Source: Octopus bimaculoides (Eukaryota). Taken from it: 64,000 bases of DNA. Below, in pieces: positions 1 through 13,290 of this stretch. The stretch is from NCBI RefSeq assembly GCF_001194135.2, contig NC_068985.1, positions 73,311,516 through 73,375,515 on the forward strand. Direction: 5' to 3'. Both the position numbers and the translations under genes were made by a program. The notes beneath the pieces were generated by a model. It saw only the letters and a list, made by a program, of their open reading frames with translations, had not been told where the DNA came from and made no database searches. The first letter of the stretch is position 1, and every line of letters begins with the position of its first letter.

Positions 1-29
1 ATTTTTTCGACGACACAGTATAGTAGGGT

Positions 30-440
30 CAGCTGAGCACTCTCTGTGAGAAAAACAGCACCATGAAGCAATTCACTCTGCCAGAAATTTGAAATCGACA
101 TGTTGTACAGCTTGGCATTCGCCACGGAAGCTCCAATACGAACATTTCAGAGTGTTTGGCCGTCAATCTGAGGATAGTGTAATCTGAGAACATGTACCAG
201 GTGTGATAAAATCAAACATCCAGTCAACATCATGGTGTTTGAAGTGATCACTAGTGATGACGACGTGATGCCTCTATTCAGCTTCCCAAACGGCCTCAGA
301 CTCAACACGGAAGCCTGGAGGTCAAGAGGGAGGTTGCTGGAAGACCCTATATCTGGCAATAGGACTTTGCACCATGCTACACAAGCAGGAAAACCCAGTC
401 ATGACTGTCAGACAATTTCTGCGATCACAGAGTACTGAAA
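30..440 (+). mobile_element. Internally deleted Tc1/mariner-superfamily (maT/DD37D-like) transposase relic
   Basis: Manual translation gives an N-terminal HTH-like piece (MKQFTLPEI...SSNTNISECL). Catalytic-domain pieces follow: MVFEVITSDDDVMPLFSFPNGLRLNTEA, then after a deletion/frameshift VKREVAGRPYIWQ*DFAPCYTSRKTQS*LSDNFCDH, matching the VMVFG..PP..FP.G and QQD.AP.HTS..TQ.WL motifs. Stops and frameshifts are present. Confidence 0.8.
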
Positions 441-594
441 CATGTTTTCCTCCCAGGTATTACAACCAGTCCTAACAGCATCTCTCTACTTGTTTCGATT
501 TAGATAATCATTTTCCCAATCACTTTTGTTCATATCTAGTTTCTTCAGATTTTTCTTCACACATTCTTTATACCTTTTCCTCTGCTTATGTTAT

Positions 595-1448
595 GGTCAC
601 TTACCAGAGTTGAGCTCACCATAAAAAATAAAAACGCTTTGACAAACGCTCGTCTTTCATTCTAATAACATGTCCAGTCCATCTCATTGAGCCAAGATAA
701 TATTTTGTTCAACTGAGCTGCAACATGCCATGCACAAAACCTCTGTATCTGGTATGAAACATTCCCACTTGACTCTTAAGATACGTCTGAGGCACTTTTG
801 ATGAAATCTCTCCAGCATTTTTATGTGACTCTTGTAAGTGGTCCATGTCTCACTTGAATAAAGATGTGCAGACAATACACACGCTTTGTCGACACTGATT
901 TTTGTCTGCAGGGAAATACCTCTATCTGTCCATACTCGCTTCTCGAACTTTCCAAATGCAACACTTCTCTTCCCTATTCGATAGTATATCTCTGTATCAA
1001 GACTACCATTTCTTGACAGTGTGCTTCCTAGGTAGACAAACATGTTTGGTTCAGAATATGTTTGTCCTGACACAGCAGTAAACATTACCTTGGTTTTCCC
1101 GAATGTAATTGTGAGTCCGAAATGTACACAGGCAGTGGAAAATCTGTCCATTAAGTGTTGCATATCCCCCTCTGAGTTTGCTAACAAATCAGCAACATCA
1201 GTATAAAGTAATTCTCTAACAAGTATTTTGAAAGTCTTTGCTTTGCAGTTAAACTGAGTCAAGTTAAAAATGCGACCAGATGTCTGAAATCTAATTCCGA
1301 TTCCCCTGTTGCAATCCTTGAAAGCATACCAAAGCAATGCCGCAAAATAAATAGATAAAAGTGTAGGGGCAAGAATATCTCCCTGCTTGACACCATTGTC
1401 CACCGAAAATTCATGAGCTTTCATGCTTCTGTGTAGTTCTTTAAACAT
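595..1448 (-). mobile_element. RTE-clade (BovB-like) LINE reverse transcriptase fragment, degenerate
   Basis: ORF 684-1448: GVKQGDILAPTLLSIY, LLYTDVADL (decayed YADD), GLTITFGKTKVM, YLGSTLS, LYSSETWT, LERFHQKCLRRIL. It continues in another frame as MRWTGHVIRMKDERL to ~600. The 5' side ends at (TA)n and a gap. Confidence 0.92.
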
Positions 1449-2063
1449 GCTTATATATATATGTATATNNNNNNNNNNNNNNNNNNNNNNNNNNNNNNNN
1501 NNNNNNNNNNNNNNNNNNNNNNNNNNNNNNNNNNNNNNNNNNNNNNNNNNNNNNNNNNNNNNNNNNNNNNNNNNNNNNNNNNNNNNNNNNNNNNNNNNNN
1601 NNNNNNNNNNNNNNNNNNNNNNNNNNNNNNNNNNNNNNNNNNNNNNNNNNNNNNNNNNNNNNNNNNNNNNNNNNNNNNNNNNNNNNNNNNNNNNNNNNNN
1701 NNNNNNNNNNNNNNNNNNNNNNNNNNNNNNNNNNNNNNNNNNNNNNNNNNNNNNNNNNNNNNNNNNNNNNNNNNNNNNNNNNNNNNNNNNNNNNNNNNNN
1801 NNNNNNNNNNNNNNNNNNNNNNNNNNNNNNNNNNNNNNNNNNNNNNNNNNNNNNNNNNNNNNNNNNNNNNNNNNNNNNNNNNNNNNNNNNNNNNNNNNNN
1901 NNNNNNNNNNNNNNNNNNNNNNNNNNNNNNNNNNNNNNNNNNNNNNNNNNNNNNNNNNNNNNNNNNNNNNNNNNNNNNNNNNNNNNNNNNNNNNNNNNNN
2001 NNNNNNNNNNNNNNNNNNNNNNNNNNNNNNNNNNNNNNNNNNNNNNNNNNNNNNNNNNNNNNN

Positions 2064-2101
<38 letters not shown>

Positions 2102-2143
2102 ATATATAATATATATCTCTGTCTGTGTGTTTGCGCGCGTGTG

Positions 2144-2385
2144 TACGAGGGCCAGCTGAAACGTTCTCAGGCTGACTAAGTCACTCTCATGAATGTGACC
2201 AGGTGAGGTTTATTTCTCAACACAATACCCTTTGCGGTCCGCTCGCTTCTTCCATTTGTGGTGCATTGATGAAAATTCTCATACTGTCGGTCATAAACAG
2301 CAGAGACGACGTCATCATCACTGCGATACTGTTTCTTAGCAAAGTATTTTTTCATGTTGGGGAACTGTTGTATAGTGAAACTGTA
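2144..2385 (-). mobile_element. Mariner 3' end fragment (transposase C-terminus plus terminal repeat)
   Basis: Minus strand QQFPNMKKYFAKKQYRSDDDVVSAV resembles the mariner LFPNLKK.L.G..Y.SD.EV..AV motif. It ends in TA-CGAGGGCCAGCTGAAA at 2144, a mariner-type TIR with a TA target. Confidence 0.75.
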
Positions 2386-2576
2386 CATCTCTTCCGGTAA
2401 AAAGTGGTAGTAGCCAGCCGGTCGTCAAGGAGAAGGTCAAAAGGTCGACAGTACGTGTAGACTGTGTTGATAGTCCTGTCTGTGCTCATATAGTAATTAT
2501 ACTGCGATACTGAGTGGACGTCATATAGATCCAATCTTTTGAGAATGATAACACAATACTACTGGGGGGGGGGGGG

Positions 2577-3163
2577 TCGTACAGAGTCAGATGAAACCAT
2601 TCTATCGATGACTTCAGAATATATCAGTATCTGTCCGAGCGACAACCGTCGTCAAAAGACATACAAAAGTTGCAAAAACCGCTTTACAATAGAGACGACG
2701 AGGAAAAACAAACTTACGCGGAGTGGAAACAAAACGATCACATGGAGTGTTTAAACTAATTCACGTGGAGAATTAAATACTTCGACAAAAAAGAAAAAAA
2801 AATCTTGTGCAAACTTACGAAAGCCATAAAATATGAAAGACTTGTTAGCTGGTATAGATGAGTTGCAAAAACAGCAACAACAACAAATCAAGGAAGAACG
2901 AAAACAACTACAAGGATTGCAGCGGCAAATTCTGCCACTATTGAAGTTTATACCAAACCGGACATATTTTCACCTGACCATGTAGAAAATTCCATAAGCG
3001 AATTCAAATATGATCCAGAAGAAAGCTTACTTCGAGGCTTACTTACGAAGACTTCAACAAATCTTTGAAAAAGAATGTCAGGTTTGGACGAACGATATGA
3101 AAACGCGTCTAGTTTTAAGAAAACTTGAGACAACAGAGCCTGAGAAGTATAGTAACTTCATAT

Positions 3164-3168
<5 letters not shown>
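2577..3168 (+). mobile_element. Gypsy-type LTR retrotransposon 5' fragment (possible LTR end/PBS plus frameshifted gag)
   Basis: ATG at 2833 gives MKDLLAGIDELQKQQQQQIKEE. Frameshifted FSPDHVENSISEFKYDPEES and FEAYLRRLQQIFEKECQVWTNDMKTRLVLRKLETTEPEKYSNFIL follow, typical of K02A2.6-like Gypsy gag. The ...CA|TGG junction at 2741-2745 may be an LTR/PBS boundary (weak). Confidence 0.7.
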
Positions 3169-3202
<34 letters not shown>

Positions 3203-3353
3203 AAGTGTCCGACATAAATTTCACTGGCACAGTTGATATTTTGTGCAAAATGTTTTGTCAAGAGAGCTTACTGTTTAATGCCAGATGTATGTATGAATGT
3301 ATGTATGTATGTATGTATGCATGTATGTATGTATGTATGCATGCATGCATGCG

Positions 3354-3402
<49 letters not shown>

Positions 3403-3413
3403 ATATATATATA
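3169..3413. repeat. Microsatellites (AAAT)n and compound (ATGT)n-(CTAT)n-(TA)n
   Basis: Directly visible tandem units. Confidence 0.95.
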
Positions 3414-6400
3414 TCACTGAACCTCTCAAAACTAGACACCAATATCTAAGCATTATCTAAGCCTAATTACTTTAGTTATGAAAAAACTAAACAACACCAA
3501 TGTAATTGATCCCCTCAAACACTTTCCGCTCAACAAGAATGAAGGACAATTCAGAATAACGAGATCAGGATGTAAGTAATTAACAATCAGCATATGTAAA
3601 ATCTGCCGTAGCATTGTTTTCTACGTCACACAGTAGTAATTTCTCAGTCTTGGAACGCCGTTTTGGCAGAAGAGCTTTATGCAGAAAGCTGACCATCGTA
3701 AAATTAACCTTAATTCTTTACGCCACGACGTACGTATCAGTCACCCGTCTGGGGTAGAGTATTCCTGAACTTGAAACTTGTTACATAGTTTTTCTAAGTT
3801 AGTGAAATGATACCACCACACTTTATGATTGTTAAGGCCTCGAAATATTTTAATTCCGTGTTATATTTCTTTTACCAAAACATATCCAAATATGCAACTT
3901 TCAAGATTAGCTGAATGCAAAAAGAAAAACAAAAACCTGTTTATTACAATTACAGTCATGTTTTACTTATTCGTCTCACATTTATAACAGAAAATGTCCA
4001 TTGTCTGCTATAAAATGTTGTGATGTTTTACTTCCACTATTTTCTTGTTTTAGCGAAAAAGACACTCTAAATATTGCTATTTAGTTTTGTATCCAATACA
4101 TCATTATTTTCTTTTGATTACATTTTGTAATTGCTCGAGTTAAATGAGCGATGCACTGCAAATGCTGTTCTGCTATAAATGTCGTAAGGTAATCAGATAA
4201 TGGAGGACAGTATATGCAATAAGTTTATGTCTAAATATCTGGCAGCAACAAAGAAAAAAATCGTTAGTAAAAGCTTTATAGTTTTTCAAAATATCGAATT
4301 TTAGATGTTTGAAAACAGTTCAGATTTCCTTATATTAATCTTATCATTTGTTTCTAAGTTCGCTTACACAAGGTTTCAATCAATTTTATCTCTTATATTT
4401 TTCTTAGGAGAAATGAGCGATGAAAAGAATTAAAGAAATTACTTCAAACATCTGTTGCAGTAACTTATGCCCGATGGTGCATTACAACTTCTGTACCCTG
4501 CTTTCTCTTCATATGGAAGGAATGAAGAAAGTTTCATTGTTGACTGATGTCGAATATTCTTGATAAATTCCTATTTTCAAATTTGCTTTCCCGACATTTG
4601 CATATCAATAATGGACCAAGAATCAAATCTTAAGTATATGAATTTTTTTGAAATCAATATATTTTAAAAGGTAAAATCGGGTACACCACATTTAATGGTC
4701 TAAAGAAATTAGCAAGGAAACAAAGAACATATGAAATAATATATTTAAAAACAAGATTCGTCTAGTCATGCCTAAATATAAATCTCTTTATTTACTTGAC
4801 GTTCTTAGTATACTATTTCGTGGCATGAAACGCTAGCAAAGAACCAGCTATATTACAGAAGAACAATCCGAATCCATAAGATAATATTTTCTTTATAAAT
4901 ATTGGTGATATCTACTAAAATTCTCCGATGGAAACCATTCATAAAGTGAAATTTAAAATGATATTATATCAGTTTGCAAGAATGAGTCCTGAACAATCAC
5001 TTTCAGAATTGTTAAATTAGTAAACATTCCTATACAATGTACATTACTGACGAAAATTATATCCACAAATATGTTATATACCACTTCATTGTTGACTGGC
5101 ATAATTCTTTTTTGCTTTGGAACATCCATATATTTCATTGCATCTGCACGCTAAAATAAGCTCATTAAAATTTAAGGCCTATTTCAGAATAATAACGAGA
5201 TATTTATAAAGGTAAGTGACTCTATACTGTAATTAGAGCAGAGTTGTTATAAAGAACAAGTTGACTGGGACTTCAGGTTTTACCTTGAAGTTCCATTCCA
5301 TACTATACTGGAAAATGAAAAGAAGAGTAAAAAAGAAAATGTTACGATTGCAGATTTTCAACAGGAGTCCTTTCTCAATTAACAATAACAAGATTCCTCA
5401 GTGCCTGTTCTTAACTTAAATTTCGATACTGTTTACTAGCTAAGAGAAACATTTGTCTAAGGATATAGCATAGCAGGAAAATTCTGGTATCGACTTCACG
5501 TTGTTAGGTGAGCCAAGGAAATATATAATTCCGGACTTAGCTCCGAAATACATCAATGTATTTGAAATTACAACCCGTTATTTTGGTGGTTTAATACCTT
5601 ATTCGTCTTCCTTTTCAAATTTATAAAACTAAATAAGCTAATATATTTTCCCCATCAAATATTTTGTTAATTTATCATCATTCCTCGCTGGAAATATTGA
5701 TACGTAATGAAGAAGCACAAGGTGAATATTTTATTATTAAAAGATTATGTGAACAGAATTAAGGCGAGTATATAATTGATAGTTAAAATAATGATAAAAA
5801 AGGAAATAATTTGAGACCCTTGCTATTTGGGTTTATAACTTTGTGAGCCAAGAATAAACTTTGTATTAGATTGTCTGAACTATAACCCCATTCAATATTT
5901 ATTTATTTTTATTTTCCTGTAAGAAGTTATGGTATATGACTTATTCCCTTACAAATTACTGGTACTTAATCGATTAAGTTGGATTTGAGATAAAGAACAT
6001 ATAGTATCAAGTCTTAATCCACAAGTATACTGTGTGCGCCAACTACACTGCTCTAATAATTGTTAACCATATTGGAATGATTGATATTATTGAATCAGAT
6101 TTCATCTAGATTGGATGTATGTAAAAACCGACGAATGTCAAAATAAATCCTCAATAAACAACAATATACTCTCCTTTACACTGGATTTGAAGTAAATTAC
6201 GATTCTTTGATTTTTTAGTCACTGTTCCAGATATCAAAGAAATATAGAAGCTGCAGATAACGTAATCTTAAAGCAACATTTTCCATTGTGAACTCTAAGA
6301 ATTATAAACACCTTATCATATATACACACACACACGCTAGAAAAGTTTTTATTAGTTATTTGCTTTTTGAACCATAAATGTTGTTAGGTTATTTGCATTT

Positions 6401-9400
6401 AACAATCAATTTTACTAATATCGATTCTTTGGAAAGACGTCTCTTTTTACTAGGATATGTCTCATAACTTCTGAATTGAAAATTATTTTAAGATTTTAAA
6501 ATAAAATTTCTTGTATTTTCAAGACATGACTGAAACAAAATAATATTCAAAAGAAAACAAATGAANNNNNNNNNNTAAAATAAAATTTCTTGTATTTTCA
6601 AGACGTGACTGAAACAAAATAATATTCAAAAGAAAACAAATGAATAAACCTTTGTTAAATACAAACAGCTAATAAATGTAAGCACCAAAAAAGCAACAAA
6701 AGAGGAATTAAAAAGAAGCAGAACTGGGAAAATAAATTGGAAATAGATTGTTCTTTTATTGCCTTAAGTAGATTGAGATTGGTTATCGATTTTATGTGTT
6801 GGTTTATTTGATGTAGTTCGCAGCTCACTCGGTGGATAGCGAAATACGATGAGTCATTTTTATGTATATCAAGATAAAAGCGGTAGTTTTGCCGGAGACA
6901 ATGTGGTAAGGTGTCTTTCAGTTAAAAGTTTTATTTTTGCTACCAAGGAGATTGGTGTGGGTTGAGGAGACAAAACGGTACTTAAAATGTTTGAAGTACA
7001 TGTAGAATCTTAATATAAAAAGACGTGTTAGTCCAGAAAATTTATCAATCTCAGTTAATTGAAGTAGCATTATCAAAGCACTAATTCTATGGGAAATTAC
7101 TTGTTTGACATAGATTGTCACAGATTATTAAGTTCTGTGACCAAGGAAATAATCTATTTCAACAGATCTCTGTAATTTTGTAAAATTCAGAAAAAAATGA
7201 GAAAAAACACAAAAACTTTTATACAAAACAGAAAATAAAGGTAAAATAAAAAGAAAAGTGACAGATTTAGAGCATAAACTAAAATGTTGCTACTAGATAG
7301 CTTTTAAAGATATCAAAACTAGAGTGAAAATGTAGTCCTCTGTTAGAAGTGATTAATTCTAAAATTTTACCCTCCTAGCAAAAGAATGATGTAGGAGAGT
7401 GAATATGGCAGCTGTTTACTGCATTAGGTCATTAAGTATCTAAATGTATCACCATTGCAGCAAGAAATTTTATTTCGCTAATTAGTCCTAAAAGTACATT
7501 AACAAATTGAATTTATAAATAAAATCCCTAGCCTCGAATGATTCGGGTACGTAACTTTTTGATGTGGAATCTATATGATTAGAGTTGCTTATCAAAAGAG
7601 AAAGTAATCAAGTATGACGCATGTTAATCAGAAACCCCACCACATTTTCTGATGTTTTCCTATTATTTAGGTGGTTTGATTGGGTTTTACGAGGGGAACG
7701 TTAACTAAATACATATTTTATAGTTCATTTCTTTGGAGTCTAATGAAATAATCAGAACTAAAAAGGTATATTATGTAGTACTGTAAGTTAATGGTATAGT
7801 ATTTGATCACACAATGCTTATGTAGTCTTAATTACAACTTACTTGGACTGAGAAAATATGAGCAAAGTACAGATGTCATTGAAACAGCCAGGCGACAATA
7901 ACAGTATAAAATATCAAAACGTTTTCTCTTCTGAGTGCTCCAAATCAAATATTATGCGATGAATATTAAGATTAAGCAACTGTAAAATTTGTAAGCAAAG
8001 AATATATTAGATAAGAATATATTAAATTAAGAATGTATTAAATATGTATTTGGTTACTGCAGATAAAGAATACAAGTATCTGATAAGATTTAACGGGACA
8101 ATGATTTAGCATTAAAAAATTCTCTTTATATAATATATTTGGAACGGTAATTTTCATGCGTCTATTAAAAGATGAATTGAAGCAGAAGAGTTTATTGGCG
8201 ATCTATGTATACTCCTAGTACCTATTTTATAGACTCAGCGAGGGAAAGATGTAATTTGGATTACTTTGAGACAAAAACACAGTAGAGAATAAATCGTTCG
8301 TATCAACAACTGCTGGTATATAGTATACCATAACATTGTATGTTATAATATAAGCCTTGAATATTAGTTTATCAATTCTAGTTTAATGCTATAAGCTAGG
8401 TAACGGTGATGTTTACTTGTAACAATGTTTTACATTTAAATTCGTAATTTGATCCGCTTTAAATCCTCTATAGTATAGATCTTAGAAATCCACTGGCCCA
8501 GCTTTTCGCTTGTAATAGATGAGATGTGTAATACATTTGTCCTAAAACACTGATGCATAGTTTGCGTATAGTTTGTAGATGCATTTGATTAGTAAGTATA
8601 GTCCCTACAAAAGTTTCAAAACTTAGTTAATGTAAATATCCATAACTATGAGAAAGCCATTTCCTTTCAATAGAATATTCTTTATATTGTTCCAACGTAA
8701 TTTTCAACAATTTATAGCATAAAAAATAAAACATAACAGAGACATCACAATTGCTTTTTATTCTCTTTTTAATTCAACATCCATGTTTTTATCTTAACTA
8801 ATGGTTTGGCTAATAGGACTTCACTCCATAGAAATGTCCGCTTACAGTTGCGAGGGTAATGGTTTAATTACTAATGTCAGGCATTTACTTTTGTTAAGTA
8901 GATTACATTGCCATGGCTATTAATTGATTTTTAGGAAGTAATTAATATAGTCACAGAAATTTAGAGTTTATTAGAGGATGAAATTCGGCCTTGTCTTCAA
9001 GTATGGAATCTGAAAGCCTCAGACAAACTGCCTCTTGGTAAAATTAATTGCATGTTTATTTGAAATTCTTTAGCGTTTAACATTAAGAGTATGTAGACAT
9101 TTTTTAACGTCTTTTTAGTTCTCTATATCTCGCAATGAATGAAGCAGTTGGCTGTTTCTTTGCTGAGTAATGTTTAAAACTAAAAGGAATTGAAAGCAAA
9201 TGAAGATTGTATACAATCTTGTTGATAATTGAAACAAATTCAAGTAAGTATATGTCTGAAAGCTACAAAATTTGATTACACTAATTAGTTGTAGACTCGG
9301 TAAATTGTTGCTGAATCGGATAGTTAGCGGATTACTTTAGCACCACAGGAACTTTCTTTTCCATATAGTGTATTTAAGCATTGTTTCAAATGCTAATGGC

Positions 9401-11144
9401 ATAGACATTGCTACTTCATAAGTAGTTCTTCTTACCAGCCAGCTGATTAAGGTATTTCAGAGTTGCTATCGTGGATAATGAGATATTGTTCAGATGGTTG
9501 AAAGACATTTTATTCATTTCTCAAACTAAGACACTCAGTATTGTGTACCTTGTCTTCAACGCTTTACATTTAGACTTCCTTTTATTCGCCTTGCAAAGAA
9601 CGACTGTTCTTCTTGAAATACAAGTAGAACACGCCAGACTAGAGGTGCTAATGCAACTACAAATATGAAATATGACATGACATAAGATAACATTCAACGA
9701 TAACAATACTACCAAACAAAAAGTAAAACAAAGACAAACTACTTTGCTGACTCAACCTTTTAATTAGAAGTAAACTTCATGCACCATAAAAAAACTTATA
9801 AGCCTAATAAACACATGCTTCAAAAGTAATCAGAATTATTAGCGATTTTTAAAAATCTAAAGTCACAATAAAAGTAAGTTATGCCGTTGTAAATAATATC
9901 TTTGACGGACATTATCTGAAAAAAAAATCAATTTCGTTATACCGTTTAATACTTCACGACACAGTTGCATAAATCCTACCATGTGTCACTTAATCGGTAG
10001 TCATCTAACCAGTTCCATGATCTGTTGTTTAATGTGACACCAGTAAATGTATCAATACCAAATATTATGTTAGTTTAACGGCTAATTTCGATAACCACAC
10101 GCAAATACCTCTTTGTCAACATGAAGTTCTGCTCGAAAATACAGATTTCGACATAACTTCGATAATTTTGAGATAGCTGAGCAAATACCATCAATTTTCG
10201 AAGAACCACTATTCATGTCCAACCGAAAAACTAGTTTTTTCATCCTGGACATATCTTAAAAAGTAACTGAAATCTCATAGTAGTTTTACAGATTAAATTT
10301 CATAATTATTGAAGAATTATATGATTCCACATCGATAACATTTGATTCTCTTGGTATAACATTATATAATATGAGAGCGTTTTACAGGACAATCGACTTC
10401 AAATACGTTAAACATTTTGACTTTGGTATATTCGTATTCTTATTTAGATAATATATGGCCTTTTCAATTTTAGGACGGTATGTTGGGAATTCAGAAATAT
10501 TTGCCTGCTATTTTTCGCGGATGAAGTGGCTACATAGGAGGAGTCTCACATTGGTTCGTATTAAAAGAAAGTGTATTATATTAACCTTGATAAAAGGAAT
10601 ACTATGGCGGAAGTCAACATTAAAGAAGGTTAAATGAACTTTTACCCACTCTTAGAGTTACTGTATCTACAAAGTTGTTAGTAGAACTGCTTTACATTGC
10701 TAATTGACACAATAAACATAAAATGGATGGTTTTATTATTAGCTGATGTCTCTGTTTTATTTAAATAACTTCATTATTAGAACATAACAGAAAAATATGT
10801 TGAATTACAGAGTAGCTATTTTATGTGATTGGTTAATCATTTATAGAGAAAATGATTAAGAAATGCTCGTAGAGCGGTTCAGGTTGACAGCGATTACCCA
10901 GACTAAACCTATAAATATTAATTAGATACATAACATTTTTATACTATAAATAGTAATTAAATAAATACAGTTGCATGTGTCTATCACATTCATATTTGTT
11001 AACGACGTATTAAATTAATTTTATACAGTTGTGGAACAGACATGAAATTCAATCGAAGATCAATAACTTGCCAGCTGAAGTAATGCATTTCATATATATT
11101 CATAATAATCAGCAGGCGTAAAAGTCAAAATTGCAAACGATTGA

Positions 11145-11447
11145 TCTTTTATGTTTTTATCTTTTACTTGTTTCAGTCATTGGACTACGGCTATGCTGGG
11201 CACCACGTTGAAGGGTTTACTCGAACGAATCGCCCCAAATACTTACCTTTTAAAGCCTTGTACTTATTCTATCTATCACGTTTGCCGAATCGCTAACAAG
11301 TTTGCTTCCCAACCAAATCATTTCGGGTTCAGCTCCACTGCGTTGCTCCTTGGGCATGTGCCGTCTGCTATAGCCTCGGGTCGACCAAAACCTTACGATT
11401 GGATTGATTTGGTAGATGGAAGCTGAAAGGACATCGTGTATACATAC

Positions 11448-11532
<85 letters not shown>

Positions 11533-11837
11533 TATATATACACGCACACATACATATATATATATGTGTGTGTGTGTGTTCACATCGGTCATGAATGACC
11601 ATGGAATTGCACCCAGAAAGTTCCCTTGCGAGGCAAAAGTCCGGGTAAGGTTGTTTTCGTTTAAGGCCAGCAGTCGCCCATGCATACCAGCCTCCCCTCT
11701 CCACGCCACCAGTGTTACCCAAGGGAAAGGCAAGGGCCGATGCAGCTGGTTACCAGTGACGTCGCAACTCATTTCTACAGCTTTGAGCTTGTATTTCTCC
11801 CACCACCGCTTGACAACCGGCGTGGTGTGTTTACATC
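11145..11837. mobile_element. Rearranged tRNA-derived CORE-like SINE (3' tail on -, head and middle on +), with internal microsatellites and a second SINE inserted
   Basis: All modules match the intact copy at 49868-50279. The tail 11145-11295 is in the same orientation as that copy, while the head (11296-11440) and middle (11788-11837) are in the opposite orientation. Confidence 0.8.
11578..11787 (-). mobile_element. 5'-truncated piece of a different SINE/interspersed repeat nested in the microsatellite core of the SINE above
   Basis: A GC-richer block interrupts the host SINE between its microsatellite and its middle module. It resembles a cephalopod SINE 3' region from recall (not database-verified). 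Confidence 0.55.
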
Positions 11838-12222
11838 AAATAAATAATACTCTTTTCGTTAGAAGACGAAAATTATTTGTTGTATCGTGTTACGTAAAAA
11901 GGATAGTTGTTGCACCGTTAAGCACTTTCGTTATAGTTGATAAACGGTGATAGCTGTGACCGAAGAAATAGAAGATAGTATAGTTTGGTATTTTAATTAG
12001 TTTTTACATCGTATTTACTAAGTTGGTAAGGGTACATACTGATATTTAGTGCATTAAGAATTGTGAAACCTCATCTACATGTTTATCCTAAAACGTACAA
12101 GCTGAAACATACTCTCGCACGCACACAGATAAGTGAATCAAAAACAGTGTATATCTGGAATTTATTTTGTTTAACTTAGTGAGATGAAAACCCAAGTGGA
12201 ATGTAGAGATAATGAGTATAGC

Positions 12223-12441
12223 TTTCTGATTTTAGCACAAGGCCAGCAATATTTGGGAAGGGGTTAATTCGATTACATTGACTCGCAGTGCTTAACTGGT
12301 ACTCATTTATTCGAGATTTGATACTTATTTATTGAAAAGTAAATAAGTTCGGCGGAACTTGAACTGAGAAAGTGCAGACGGATGAAATGCCGCGAAGCAT
12401 TTTGCCCGGCGTGCTAACGATTCTGCTTGCTCGCTGCCTTA
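12223..12441 (-). mobile_element. tRNA-derived SINE with Nin/Deu-like core, diverged copy
   Basis: Aligns by eye to the copies at 37533-37749 and 62041-62247 (gcacaaggcc...aactggtact...cggcggaacttgaact...gcattttgcccggcgtgctaacgattctgc). Confidence 0.8.
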
Positions 12442-12624
12442 GTGTTAATTATCAGAATCCAAACAAATGAAATTATGCATTGAACTACATTTAGTTCGAC
12501 ACTCATTTGACAAACCTATCTTAATTCTCAACATATCAACGGTATTTCTTAAGAGATGCTATAGAAATATGAAGTCACGTGATCAAATTGATTTAGGATT
12601 GTCAGTTCCTTCAAACCAATTAGC

Positions 12625-13207
12625 TTTCGCTATCTTTCGCCAGCCACCGCTTTTTAGAATTATTATCTGAATGGCATATATTTAGATAACAATCAACTCG
12701 CGCATATGTTTCTCCTTCCGAAGTAGACCAGAAAGGTATTTTAAGTAGCGCTTATTGTGCAGTGGCTTAAAAAAAAACAACAGATACAGAAAGTTCTTAT
12801 CTAATGAAACTTTTGGAAGGAAAGTGAAAGAAATGCAAAGAAACCGTATTATATTCATAAACCAGAGAGGATATATAATTGAATACAGATTTATTTTTAA
12901 AACAAATGCATATCCAAATGATAATCAAATTAAGAATGAAATTGGATTGTTTATACATACATACATACATACATACACACATGCACACAAACATACATAC
13001 ATACATACATACATACATAATGCATACATACATAATACATACATACATAATACATACATTCATACATACACACATGCACACAAACATACATACATAAAAA
13101 CATACTTACATGCATTCATACACACACGTATATGCTTGTGTGTGTGTATATATATATATGTGTGTGTGCGTGCGCGTGTGTGTGTGTATACGTGTATCCA
13201 TCCATTT

Positions 13208-13290
<83 letters not shown>

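Noticed and set aside
10580-10636. TTAACCTT...AAGGTTAA resembling piggyBac ends
   Set aside because: It is only an 8-bp inverted match over ~55 bp in AT-rich DNA, consistent with chance.
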